Source: Candidatus Caldarchaeales archaeon
GTDB lineage: Archaea > Thermoproteota > Nitrososphaeria_A > Caldarchaeales > Calditenuaceae
DNA: 64,000 nucleotides
Direction of reading: 5' to 3'
Assembly: GCA_039630085.1 (NCBI GenBank)
Contig: JBCNVM010000002.1
Span: 1 to 64,000 of the forward strand
This document shows, one piece after another, positions 1 through 9,527 of the stretch (positions are counted from its first letter, which is position 1; every line of letters starts with the position of its first letter). A model generated the notes under the pieces. The model did no database searches. It had not been told where the DNA came from and saw nothing but the letters and a program-made list of their open reading frames with translations. A program made the translations under genes and the position numbers.

Positions 1-257
1 GGTTCTTCTGTATCAGTATCTCTCTTCCACGGAGCTCACGTAGCTTTCAATCCTCTTCGTGAGGTTCGCTGAAGCAGTTAGAGAAGCGCTACGAGACTAT
101 CTCACTTTCAATCCTCTTCGTGAGGTTCTGGGCGAGTACAGGTGCAACACTATAATAAATGCTGTAAAGACTTTCAATCCTCTTCGTGAGGTTCATGTAG
201 CTGAGAAAAGTGGTATGGGCGAAATAAAGCTTGCTTTCAATCCTCTTCGTGAGGTTC
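1..257 (-). CRISPR. CRISPR array, leader-proximal end; continues beyond the left edge of the window
   Basis: Exact 24-bp repeat CTTTCAATCCTCTTCGTGAGGTTC at 44-67, 105-128, 171-194 and 234-257, plus a partial copy (GGTTC) at 1-5. Unique spacers are 38, 37, 42 and 39 bp. The reverse complement ends in ATTGAAAG, the usual crRNA handle, which implies minus-strand transcription. Confidence 0.97.
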
Positions 258-380
258 CGAGCCGAATTTCCAATCTCGACGCCTCGACGAGCCAATCCCC
301 GTCTGGGATTCAGCGATGGTGCGCCTTCTGCGGCGCGGTATAAAAAGAGAAAAACGACAATTTTAGGGTTTCTCCCGATC
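258..380 (-). promoter_or_regulatory. Probable CRISPR leader/promoter
   Basis: Non-coding segment next to the last repeat, with an AT-rich tract (TATAAAAAGAGAAAAACGACAATTTTAG, ~339-366) in an otherwise GC-rich window. Confidence 0.65.
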
Positions 381-431
381 TCGGATCGGTCTCACGCGTT
401 CTCAGCCCCTCTCTCAACCGAGCCTCTGCCG

Positions 432-1685
432 CTACCCCATCCAGACCGGCCTCTTCACCAACACCTCTGCCCCGGCCTCGAGCCTCTCGACCCCGGGCCC
501 TACGAGCACATACCCGTCCGAGAAGGCGATCGAGGAGAAGACCGAGGACTCCGAGAGCCGGGGCCTGCAGGAGGGCATCCCCTCCGAGTCCGAGAGGCTG
601 ACCCAGAGGACCTTCACGAAGTCGACCCACTTATGGAACTCGACAGGTTCCGAGAGCCTGGCGACCTTCGTCGCGTAGAACTCTTCAGGCTTCGCTGAGG
701 CGAGGTGGGCGAGGACCGGGAGCCCGAGCTCGTTCAGGACGTTTACCGTCGAGTGGATCAGGGCGGGTAGGACGACGACCGGCTTCCCGTCCACCACCGC
801 CGCTCCCCCCACCCTTCCCGGCTGCATCTTCAGGCCCTGGACGAAGAACTCCGAGACCTCCGAGAGGACCGCTGGGACGACGTCGAGCTCGCTGACGCTG
901 GAGCCTCCGATCGTCAGGACCATGTCCGACCGCCTCAGCGCCTCCGCGATCGAGGACCTCGCGGCCACGGGGTCGTCGGGCACCAGTCCCAGATACCTCG
1001 GCCTGCAGGGCAGCCTCCCCAGCACCGAGACGACCATCGGCGCGTGGGTGTTGAGGACCTTCCCTTCCGCGGCCTCACCGGGATCGTCGGTCAGCTCCGA
1101 CCCGAACGAAAGAACCCCGACCTCAGGGAGCCTCACGGCCCTCACCGACCTCAAGCCCAGCGACTCGAGGAGCGCCGCCTTCACGGGGGTAAGGACTTCT
1201 CCGGCCCTCGCGACGATCGTCCCCGAGGTGACGTCGGACGCCCTCCTGTCGACGTGCTCGAACGGCCTCGCCGGCCTGTGGACCAGGACCCTCCCTTCCT
1301 CGACCTCGACCTCCTCCTGGGGCACGACCGCGTCCGCGCCCTCCGGCAGGTATCCTCCGGTCAGGATCCTCCTCGCGCACCCGGGACCCAAGGGAGGGCC
1401 CCTCTCGTTCGGACCTGTGAAACCGTCGACCCTGAGGACCGCCGGCCTCTCGGCGCTGGCACCGATTAAATCCGAGGACCTCACCGCGTAGCCGTCCATG
1501 TGGGACATGTCGTGGGGCGGCCTGTCTGAGGGAGCTGCGACGTCCTCAGCGAGGACCCTCCTGACGGCGGCGAGCGGCCTGATCGACTCGGTCTCGGCTA
1601 TCGGCCTGACCCTCGACCTGACCTGGTTCAGCACCCAATCGAGCTCGTGGAACCTCTCGATCCTCCTGTGGGCCGCGTGGCGCAT
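432..1685 (-). CDS. moeA: Molybdopterin molybdotransferase MoeA
   Basis: RVLAEDV..P.D.PP.D.S.MDGYAVRS, ILTGGYLPEGADAVVPQE, SFGSEL, GGSSVSELDVV motifs. Confidence 0.93.
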   Translation of the reverse strand: MRHAAHRRIERFHELDWVLNQVRSRVRPIAETESIRPLAAVRRVLAEDVAAPSDRPPHDMSHMDGYAVRSSDLIGASAERPAVLRVDGFTGPNERGPPLGPGCARRILTGGYLPEGADAVVPQEEVEVEEGRVLVHRPARPFEHVDRRASDVTSGTIVARAGEVLTPVKAALLESLGLRSVRAVRLPEVGVLSFGSELTDDPGEAAEGKVLNTHAPMVVSVLGRLPCRPRYLGLVPDDPVAARSSIAEALRRSDMVLTIGGSSVSELDVVPAVLSEVSEFFVQGLKMQPGRVGGAAVVDGKPVVVLPALIHSTVNVLNELGLPVLAHLASAKPEEFYATKVARLSEPVEFHKWVDFVKVLWVSLSDSEGMPSCRPRLSESSVFSSIAFSDGYVLVGPGVERLEAGAEVLVKRPVWMG

Positions 1686-1744
1686 CTTCCGCGAGACCGG
1701 ATCCGGTCCCCGGATATCAAGGAATTCCCGCGACCTGCTCGGCC

Positions 1745-2272
1745 TCAGACCAGGCGCGCCGCGTTCCTCCTCTCGAACTCGAGGAGCCTCACCTTCAGCT
1801 CAGGGGACGTGCTGTATCCCCCGGGCGAGCCGTCGGACCTCACGACCCTGTGACACGGCACCAGTATTGGGACCGGGTTCGCGGCGAGCGCAGACCCCAC
1901 CGCCCTCGCGCCCCGGGGCCGCCCCAGCGACGCAGCTACCGAGGCGTAGGTCCTCGTCGAGCCGTAGGGGATCTTCGAGGTCTCCGACCAGACCGCCCTC
2001 TGGAACGGGGTTCCCCTGAGGTCAAGTGGGACTTCGAAGCTCATCCTCGAGCCCCTAAGGTATTCCTCGAGCTGGCGGACCGCATCCTTGAGCGCCGCAG
2101 GCCCTTCTCCCACACGGACCACCTCGAGCTTCGCGCCCGTCTCTACCTCCGGCTCATGTCCGACGGCGACCCGCACGACGGCGCCCGAAGAGGCGACCAC
2201 CCAGACTTCCCCGACCCAAGACGTCAGCCTTGCCGCGTAGAGTGCGACCTCACCAGGCCCTGCCCTCCCCAA
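1745..2272 (-). CDS. ogt: Methylated-DNA--protein-cysteine methyltransferase
   Basis: GTPFQRAVW..IPYG.TRTY, ARAVGSALAANPVPILVPCHRVV active site. Start estimated at TTG 2272. Confidence 0.93.
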   Translation of the reverse strand: MGRAGPGEVALYAARLTSWVGEVWVVASSGAVVRVAVGHEPEVETGAKLEVVRVGEGPAALKDAVRQLEEYLRGSRMSFEVPLDLRGTPFQRAVWSETSKIPYGSTRTYASVAASLGRPRGARAVGSALAANPVPILVPCHRVVRSDGSPGGYSTSPELKVRLLEFERRNAARLV

Positions 2273-3629
2273 CCCGGCCGACCCTCCTCCTGCACTCGGC
2301 GGCGAACCTCTCCGCAAGCTCCCCCGCGAGCCCGACGTACTCGCCGAAGTCCCTCGGCACGACATCCTCTGCCCTGACGCCGTGCCTCTCCGCGACCCTC
2401 CTCGCGGCCTCCTCGACCCCGAGGCCCTGCCTCAGCAGCGACCTCAGCTCGTCGATCGCGTCGACGCCCAGCCTCCTGAACCTGACCTGGACCGCCTCCG
2501 ATAGGGCCTCCGGGTGAGACCTCAGCTCCTCCAGCATCGCCTCCCTGTCGAAGCCGATCCTGCCCAGAAACCTCCTCAGCTGCCTCACGCCGATCAGGAG
2601 GTGCGCGACCCCGACCGGGACGTTCCGCCTCACCGTCGAGTCCGAGAGGTCCCTCTGGAGCCTCGTCGTCTGGAGCCTCCTCGAAGCGAACGTCAGGATG
2701 CTCGAAGCTAGCTCGAGGTTCCCCTCGGCGTTCTCGACCTCGACCGGGTTCGCCTTCTGCGGCATCGTCGAGGACCCCACCCCCCTCGAGAGGACCGTTA
2801 CGTGTCCGAGCGCGGACAGTAGCCAGAGGTCCCTCGAGAGGTCCGTGAGCGCCATCGAGAGCGAGGCCATCGAATCGAGGAGCGGCGCGTACCTATCCGC
2901 AGGGATCACCTGCTTCGTCAGCTCGACGAACTCCAAGCCCAGCGACTCGACGAACTCCCTCGCGGCCTCGAGCGCATCCCTCCCGAAGACCTCGACGAGG
3001 GCCGCGTAGGTCCCGACCGCGCCGCTCAGCTTCCCCGGGAACCTGAATTCACGGAGCGCATCAATCGCCCGGAGGACCCTTGAGCCGTGGTAGGCGAGCT
3101 CCTTCCCGAGCGTCGTCGGCACAGCTGGCTGACCGTGCGTCCTCGCGAGCATCAGCGTCCCCTTCTCCCTCATCGAGAGGTCGGCGAGCTCCGCGCAGAG
3201 CCCCTCGAGCTCCGGGACCAGGACCTCCCTCACCGCTCCCCTCAGCGAGATCGAGAAGGCCAGGTTGTTCACGTCCTCGGATGTGAGGCCCGCGTGGACC
3301 CAGACCGCGACCCCCTTCGCGCCGAGCCTCGCGAGCTCCGACTTCAGGTAGCGGACGAGGGCCTCGACGTCGTGCCCGACCTCCCTCTCGATCGCCTTCA
3401 CCGCCTCCGCCGCGGAGAGGTCGAAGCTCCTCAGCACCGACCGCGCGGCCTCGACGTCATTGGGCCCGATCGGCGCGGCCCGCCTCCTCCTGAGGAACTC
3501 GAGGTACTCGACCTCGACCGCGAGCCTCGATTTGATCAGCCCGAACTCGCTCAGGTGGGGCCTGAGGTCCTCGACTAGCTCGGAGTAGCGGCCGTCGACG
3601 GGAGAGAGCGCCAGCAGAGGGTGCGTCAC
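2250..3629 (-). CDS. purB: Adenylosuccinate lyase
   Basis: LSPVDGRY, HAGLTSEDVNN, ARTHGQPAVPTTLGKE, GSSTMPQKANP signature. The GTG start overlaps the purA stop (GTGA). Confidence 0.95.
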   Translation of the reverse strand: MTHPLLALSPVDGRYSELVEDLRPHLSEFGLIKSRLAVEVEYLEFLRRRRAAPIGPNDVEAARSVLRSFDLSAAEAVKAIEREVGHDVEALVRYLKSELARLGAKGVAVWVHAGLTSEDVNNLAFSISLRGAVREVLVPELEGLCAELADLSMREKGTLMLARTHGQPAVPTTLGKELAYHGSRVLRAIDALREFRFPGKLSGAVGTYAALVEVFGRDALEAAREFVESLGLEFVELTKQVIPADRYAPLLDSMASLSMALTDLSRDLWLLSALGHVTVLSRGVGSSTMPQKANPVEVENAEGNLELASSILTFASRRLQTTRLQRDLSDSTVRRNVPVGVAHLLIGVRQLRRFLGRIGFDREAMLEELRSHPEALSEAVQVRFRRLGVDAIDELRSLLRQGLGVEEAARRVAERHGVRAEDVVPRDFGEYVGLAGELAERFAAECRRRVGRVGEGRAW

Positions 3630-4879
3630 CGCGCCACCACGTCCTCGGTCCCGGGCCCGATGCCCAAGTACCTCACCGGAGCGCCGAGCCTCTCCTCGAC
3701 GAACTCGACGTATTTCCTCGCCTGCGGGTGGAGGGCCCCGTAGCCCTCGCGTAGGACCTCGGCGCGCTTCGCCTCGTCGATCTCCGGCCAGCCCTCGAGC
3801 TCCGCGTAGACCGGCCTGACCCTGGAGAGCTCCCTGAGCGTCGCGGGGAACTCGCCCTCTCCGTAGCCCTCGTAGCCCACGCAGACCCTCACCCTCTCGA
3901 GGCCCGAGAGCGTGTCGACCCTCGTGAGGAAGACGGCGTCGGCTCCGTTCAGCTCCACTGCGAACCTCAGCTGCGCGAGGTCCAGCCATCCTATCCTCCT
4001 AGGCCTCCCGGTCGTCGCGCCGTACTCGCCGCCCTTCTCCCTGATCCTGTCCGCGACCTCGCCCCTGATCTCCGTCGGGAACGGACCCGCTCCGACCCTG
4101 GTCGTGTAGGCTTTCGCGACCCCGACAACTTCGTCGACGGACCTCGCCGGAACTCCGCACCCTGAATAGACGCCGGCGGAGGTCGTGAGGCTGGACGTCA
4201 CGTAGGGGTAGGTGCCGTAGAGGACGTCGAGCATCGTCCCCTGCGCGCCCTCGAAGACGACCCTCTCTCCCGAGGCGAGGTGGGCCGCGATCACCCTGTT
4301 CACCTCGGCCACCTCGACGTCGAGCGACCCGAAGAGCTCCGAGAGCGATCTCGCTATCGCCCTAGTGTCAGCGTTCTCCATCCTCCAGAAGGCCGCGATG
4401 TCCCTCAGCTTCTCCTCGAGGGCGTCGGGCTCAAGAAGGTCCGCTACCCTGAGCCCAACCCTCCCGAACCTCTCGACGGCCGTGGGCCCTATCCCCCTCC
4501 TCGTCGTCCCGATCGCCCTCTCGCCCCTCATCGCCTCGAGCATCTCCTCGGCCCTGAGCGCGATCTCCGTGATCACCTGCGCCCTCGGGCTCAGGATCAC
4601 CTTCAGGTCGGGCCTGACCTCCCTGGACTCCCTCAGCTCCTCCGAGAGGGTCCTGAGGTCGACGTAGACGCCGGCGCAGATCGCCGCCTTGCCGCAGACC
4701 AGCCCCCCTGCAGGGATCAGGTGCATCCTGAAGGTCCTCCCGGAGTAGACGACCGTGTGTCCCGCGTTCGGGCCCCCGTTGAACCTCACCGCGAGCGCCG
4801 CGCCCTTCGAGAGGTATGCGGCGACCTTCCCCTTCCCCTCGTCGCCCCACTGGAGCCCAACGACGGCCACCGAGGGCAT
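3626..4879 (-). CDS. purA: Adenylosuccinate synthetase
   Basis: VVGLQWGDEGKGK, GGPNAGHT, EGAQG.MLD..YGTYPYVTSS, GATTGRPRRIGWLD. Confidence 0.97.
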   Translation of the reverse strand: MPSVAVVGLQWGDEGKGKVAAYLSKGAALAVRFNGGPNAGHTVVYSGRTFRMHLIPAGGLVCGKAAICAGVYVDLRTLSEELRESREVRPDLKVILSPRAQVITEIALRAEEMLEAMRGERAIGTTRRGIGPTAVERFGRVGLRVADLLEPDALEEKLRDIAAFWRMENADTRAIARSLSELFGSLDVEVAEVNRVIAAHLASGERVVFEGAQGTMLDVLYGTYPYVTSSLTTSAGVYSGCGVPARSVDEVVGVAKAYTTRVGAGPFPTEIRGEVADRIREKGGEYGATTGRPRRIGWLDLAQLRFAVELNGADAVFLTRVDTLSGLERVRVCVGYEGYGEGEFPATLRELSRVRPVYAELEGWPEIDEAKRAEVLREGYGALHPQARKYVEFVEERLGAPVRYLGIGPGTEDVVAR

Positions 4880-4884
4880 CTCCC

Positions 4885-6366
4885 TTAGGCGACGCGCTCC
4901 ACGTCGTGCGGGAGGCTCTCCCTGTAGCCGGCCTCGGAGATCCTGACGAAGACCGCCCTCTCCCTCAGCTCCTTCAGGTTCCTCGCGCCCAAGTAGCTCA
5001 TCCCCGACCTCAGCCCTGCCACGAGCTGCCTCAGGACCTCGACCGCGGAGCCCCTGTAGTCGACGTAGGCCTCTATCCCCTCGGCCATGTAGGAGTAGTC
5101 GGCGACCTCGTCGAGCTCTACGTCGCCCCGCTCCTTCATGTCCCTGCTGAGCATTGCGTAGAAAGAGGCCATTCCCCTGTAGACCTTGCTCTTCTTCCCG
5201 TTCCTCAGGACGATCGAGCCGGGGCTCTCGTCGGTCCCCGCGAGCAGCATCCCGATCATCGCCGTCGATGCTCCTGCCGCAAGGGCCTTCACTAAGTCCG
5301 CGGAGCTCCTTATTCCGCCGTCGGCGATCATCGGGACGTCCATCCTCTCGGAGACCTCGGCGCAGTTCATGATCGCGGAGAGCTGCGGCACGCCGACCCC
5401 GGCCACGACCCTCGTCGTGCAGACGGCTCCAGGCCCGATGCCGACCTTGACCGCGTCCGCGTGGGCCGCGATGTCCTCGAAGCCCTCGGGCGTCGCCACG
5501 TTACCCGCCACGACCTGGACCTCGTCCCCGAACTCCCTCCTGAGGGCCTTCAGGGTGCTGATCGTCATGGAGGTGTGGCCGTGGGCCACGTCTATCACCA
5601 GCGCGTCGACTTCGGCCTCGAGGAGCGCCCTAGCCCTCTCGATCGCGTCAGACTTCACGCCTATCGCTGCAGCCACCATCATCCTCCCCTTCCTGTCCCT
5701 AGTCGAGTAGGGGTTAAGGCCCCGCGACTCGATGTCCTTGGCGGTTACGAGGCCCCTCAGCCTCCACTCTTCGTCGACGATCGGAATCTTCTCGACCTTG
5801 TATTTCCTGATCAGCTCCTTCACCTCCTCCAGCGAGGCTCCCTCCCTCGCGGTGACGAGCTCGTGCCTCGGCGTCATCACGTTCCTGACGGGTTCCTCGT
5901 CGGGCTGGAAGAGCAGGTCCCTCCTTGTAACGATCCCCCAGACCCTTCTCTCCCTGTCCACGACCACTAGCCCCGAGACTCCGAGCCTCGCCATCTCCCT
6001 CCTCGCGTCCTCGACCCGGGCCTCGAGCCCGATCGAGTACGGGTCCTCGACGACTATGCCCTCCGCGCGCTTGACCCTCTGGACCTCCCTGACCTGCGCC
6101 TCCACCGACATGAACCTGTGTATCACCCCGATCCCTCCCTCCCTCGCCATCGCGATCGCCATCCTGCTCTCGGTGACGGTGTCCATCGCCGCCGAGACTA
6201 TCGGGATGTGGAGCTCTATGCTCCTCGTGAACCTCGTCCTCGTCGAGACCTCGCTCCTCGACCTGATCTCCGAGTACCTCGGCAGCAGGAGAACGTCGTC
6301 GAACGTGAGGGCAACCCCCTCAAGGAACGCTGGCAAACGATCCCAACCCCGCCGGAAATCGGGCAC
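4885..6366 (-). CDS. guaB: IMP dehydrogenase with CBS pair
   Basis: LTFDDVLLLP, SAAMDTVTE, KVGIGPGAVCTTR catalytic Cys, ADGGIR, YRGMAS. Confidence 0.97.
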   Translation of the reverse strand: MPDFRRGWDRLPAFLEGVALTFDDVLLLPRYSEIRSRSEVSTRTRFTRSIELHIPIVSAAMDTVTESRMAIAMAREGGIGVIHRFMSVEAQVREVQRVKRAEGIVVEDPYSIGLEARVEDARREMARLGVSGLVVVDRERRVWGIVTRRDLLFQPDEEPVRNVMTPRHELVTAREGASLEEVKELIRKYKVEKIPIVDEEWRLRGLVTAKDIESRGLNPYSTRDRKGRMMVAAAIGVKSDAIERARALLEAEVDALVIDVAHGHTSMTISTLKALRREFGDEVQVVAGNVATPEGFEDIAAHADAVKVGIGPGAVCTTRVVAGVGVPQLSAIMNCAEVSERMDVPMIADGGIRSSADLVKALAAGASTAMIGMLLAGTDESPGSIVLRNGKKSKVYRGMASFYAMLSRDMKERGDVELDEVADYSYMAEGIEAYVDYRGSAVEVLRQLVAGLRSGMSYLGARNLKELRERAVFVRISEAGYRESLPHDVERVA

Positions 6367-6509
6367 GAGATAAAGGTTCTCCGGAGATCGACGCGTCCGA
6401 TAACGGATCAGCGAGGAACGGCTGGCCCGTCCCGGAGGGGCTCCGCAGAGAAGTGGTACCGGGCGGACGGAGGCTTATTGGGAGGCATTCGCCTACGACG
6501 CGACCGGAG

Positions 6510-7679
6510 TTGGTCAGGCTGATCAGGTTCTTCGCGCCGAGGGGCCTGAGGGTCAGGAGCGCGAGGGGTCAGTACGTCTGGGACGGGTCCGGACGGAGGT
6601 ACCTGGACTACCACACCGGGAACGGCGCCGCGCTGCTTGGGCACCTGAACCCGTACGTGGTGAGGAGGCTGAGGGAGCAGCTGGAGGGGGCGATGGTCCT
6701 CCCGCCCCTCTACGACAGCGACGTCCTCGACGAGGCCCTGAGCGCCTTGGACCGCGTCCTGCCCGCTCACCTCGGCAACGTCTTCTTCCAGAACTCGGGG
6801 AGCGAGGCAGTTGAGCTGGCCCTCAAGCTCGCGAGGAAGAGGACGGGTAGGAGGAAGCTGGTCGCGTTCACCGGCTCCTTCCACGGCAGGACCTTCGGGG
6901 CCCTCTCCGCCACCTTCAACAGGGCCTACAGGGAGGGATACGGTCCTTTCCCGTTCGAGGTCGAGTTCCTCCCCTTCAACGACGCCGATCAGCTCTCGAG
7001 GATCGGGGAAGATGCGGCCGCCGCGATCGTCGAGCCCGTTCAGGGCGAGGGCGGCCTCACGCCCGCGAAGCCGGAGTTCCTCCGGGAGTTGGAGAGGAGG
7101 TGCAGGGAAGTCGGAGCCTACCTGATCGTTGACGAGGTCCAGTCGGGCTTCGGGAGGACGGGCTCGGTCTGGGCGCACTCGGAGTCGGGAATAAGTCCCG
7201 ACGTGCTGGTCGCCGGGAAGTCCATCGGCGGCGGCTTCCCGGTGAGCCTCGTCGCGGTCACCGACGAGATCGCCTCGAAGGTCGAGGACGGCGAGCACGG
7301 CTCCACCCACGGCGGGAACCCGCTGGCCCTCGCTGCCCTGGTCGGGGGGATAGAGGCCCTGATCGGCGACAACGTCCCCGAGAGGGCTGGTCAGGCGGGA
7401 TCGACGCTCGCAGGCGGGCTCAGGGAGATCGCGACCCAGAACCCAAAGGCGGTGAGGGCGGTCAAGGGCAAGGGCCTGATGGTCGGGTTGGAGCTGCGGT
7501 TCAGCCCATCTCAGGTCATCAGGGAGCTCCAGTCGAGGGGCCTGCTCTCCCTCAAGGCCGGGACGACCGTCCTCAGGTTCCTCCCGCCCTACCTGATCAC
7601 CGAGGAGGACATCGCCTGGAGCGTCCGGGTCGTTGACGAGGTGCTGAGTTCGTACCGGGAGGGCGCACCCGGGACCTAA
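6510..7679 (+). CDS. lysJ: Class III PLP aminotransferase, LysJ/ArgD type ([LysW]-semialdehyde transaminase)
   Basis: NSGSEAVE.ALK, SFHGRT.GALS, EPVQGEGG, DEVQSGFGRTG, GKSIGGGFP, HGSTHGGNP. Start estimated at TTG after GGAG. Confidence 0.8.
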   Translation: MVRLIRFFAPRGLRVRSARGQYVWDGSGRRYLDYHTGNGAALLGHLNPYVVRRLREQLEGAMVLPPLYDSDVLDEALSALDRVLPAHLGNVFFQNSGSEAVELALKLARKRTGRRKLVAFTGSFHGRTFGALSATFNRAYREGYGPFPFEVEFLPFNDADQLSRIGEDAAAAIVEPVQGEGGLTPAKPEFLRELERRCREVGAYLIVDEVQSGFGRTGSVWAHSESGISPDVLVAGKSIGGGFPVSLVAVTDEIASKVEDGEHGSTHGGNPLALAALVGGIEALIGDNVPERAGQAGSTLAGGLREIATQNPKAVRAVKGKGLMVGLELRFSPSQVIRELQSRGLLSLKAGTTVLRFLPPYLITEEDIAWSVRVVDEVLSSYREGAPGT

Positions 7680-7718
7680 CGCTATTATCTTACTCGTTAC
7701 CTGACTGAATTCAAGACG

Positions 7719-9398
7719 ATGGCCGAGTTCGATAAAAGGTGCGACGCCCTAATCGTCGGGAGCGGGGCCGCTGCGCTGGTGGGCGCGCTGGTGGTGAAAG
7801 TCGCGGGCTTCGAGCCCCTGGTCGTCGAGAAGACGGAGCTCGTGGGAGGGTCGAGCGCGATGTCGGGGGGCGGGCTCTGGATCCCCAACAACCCGATCAT
7901 TAGGGAGCTCGGATACGAGGACTCGACGGAGAGGGCGCTGACCTACCTCAACAGCGTCGTCCCCGAGGCGGGGAAGGCCACCTCTCCCGAGAGGATCAGG
8001 GCGTTCCTCGAGAACGGGCCCGCGATGGTAGGCTTCCTGAGGGACCTCGGCTTCAGGTGGAGGGCCGCGATCGGTTACCCGGACTACTACCCGGAGAAGC
8101 CGGGAGGGTCCTTCACGGGAAGGAGCCTAGAGGGCGCGGTCTTCGACGGCAAGAAGCTCGGCGAGTGGCTGAGGAGGCTTAGGAGGTATCCCGGCGCACC
8201 GCCCTTGCCGATCCACATAACAGACGCGGCGAAGCTCTACCTGATGCTCCGGACCGCCTCCGGCTTCGCGACCGCCCTCAAGGTCGGGCTGAAGGCCGCG
8301 GGCTACAGGCTGACCGGGAGGGTTCCGCTGACGCTCGGCAACTCGCTCGTCGGGCAGCTCCTCTGGCTCTGCCTTCAGAGGAACGTCGAGATCTGGCTCG
8401 AGAGCCCGGTCGTCGACCTGATCGAGTCGGACGGCAGGATCGTCGGGGCGGTCGTGAGGAGGGAGGGCAGGCTGGTCAGGGTCGGCGCGAGGGGAGGCGT
8501 GCTGATCGCGAGCGGCGGTTTCGAGCGGAACCAGTCGATGAGGGAGAGGTACCTGCCGAAGCCGACGGACGCGAGGTGGACCGTGGGATCGCCGGGGAAC
8601 ACGGGCGAGATGATCGAGGTCGCTCAGAGGCACGGCGCTCAGGTCGCCCTCATGGACAAGGCCTGGGGAGGTCCGGTGATGATCACGCCGAAGGGCGAGA
8701 CATCGTTCGTCCTCGCGGAGAGGTCGCTTCCGTTCGGGATCATCGTCGACTCCTCCGGAGAACGATTCATGAACGAGTCCGCCTCCTACGTCGACTGCTG
8801 GAAGGCCCAGTACGAGAGGCACAGGAGGGTGAGCGCGATACCCGCGTGGCTCGTCATCGACTCGAGGCACAGGTCCTACTACCTCTTCGGGACGCTCCTT
8901 CCTGGACGGACTCCCGAGTCCGCTACGGGTCCGGGCTTCCTCATGAGGGCCAGGTCGCTGCGGGAGCTGGCTGAGAGGACGGGCGTCGACCCGCACGGAC
9001 TCGAGTCGACCGTGAGGAGGTTCAACGCGATGGCAAGGGCTGGGAAGGACGAGGAGTTCGGCCGGGGAGACAGCGCCTACGATCGATACTACAGCGACCC
9101 GAGGGTCAAGCCGAACCCGAACTTGGGCCCGATCGAGAGACCTCCCTTCTACGCGACCGCGATCTACCCCGGAGAGCTGGGGACGCTCGGGGGCCTCCTC
9201 ACCGACGAGTTCGGCAGGGTGCTTCACGTCGACGGTCACCCGATCGAGGGGCTCTACGCCGCGGGCAACGCGTCGGCCTCTCCGTTCGGCGGAACCTATC
9301 CGGGGCCCGGCTCGACGCTCGGGCCGGCCTGCACGTTCGCGTATATCGCGATGAGGCACCTCGTCGAGCGGCTGAAGTCCACGGCCGGCTCCGGCTGA
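7719..9398 (+). CDS. FAD-dependent oxidoreductase, 3-ketosteroid-delta1-dehydrogenase (KstD) family
   Basis: GSGAAA Rossmann motif, EKTELVGGSSAMSGGGLWIPNN, YPDYYPEKPGG, RFMNES, PGELGTLGGL, YPGPGSTLGPA. Confidence 0.82.
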   Translation: MAEFDKRCDALIVGSGAAALVGALVVKVAGFEPLVVEKTELVGGSSAMSGGGLWIPNNPIIRELGYEDSTERALTYLNSVVPEAGKATSPERIRAFLENGPAMVGFLRDLGFRWRAAIGYPDYYPEKPGGSFTGRSLEGAVFDGKKLGEWLRRLRRYPGAPPLPIHITDAAKLYLMLRTASGFATALKVGLKAAGYRLTGRVPLTLGNSLVGQLLWLCLQRNVEIWLESPVVDLIESDGRIVGAVVRREGRLVRVGARGGVLIASGGFERNQSMRERYLPKPTDARWTVGSPGNTGEMIEVAQRHGAQVALMDKAWGGPVMITPKGETSFVLAERSLPFGIIVDSSGERFMNESASYVDCWKAQYERHRRVSAIPAWLVIDSRHRSYYLFGTLLPGRTPESATGPGFLMRARSLRELAERTGVDPHGLESTVRRFNAMARAGKDEEFGRGDSAYDRYYSDPRVKPNPNLGPIERPPFYATAIYPGELGTLGGLLTDEFGRVLHVDGHPIEGLYAAGNASASPFGGTYPGPGSTLGPACTFAYIAMRHLVERLKSTAGSG

Positions 9399-9527
9399 GC
9401 TCTGAGAGGTCACCGAGACCCGACCCATTCACCGGACCCTCTGCGGTCCGACCCGTCCTCCGCATCGTCGGGCCGAGGGTAAGATTAGAGTAGCGGTGAA
9501 ATAGACCCGCCCTGCGTAGGCGTTGAG

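Noticed and set aside
59-343. ORFs with repeating FNPLREV / NLTKRIES peptides
   Set aside because: These are translations of the CRISPR repeats, not genes.
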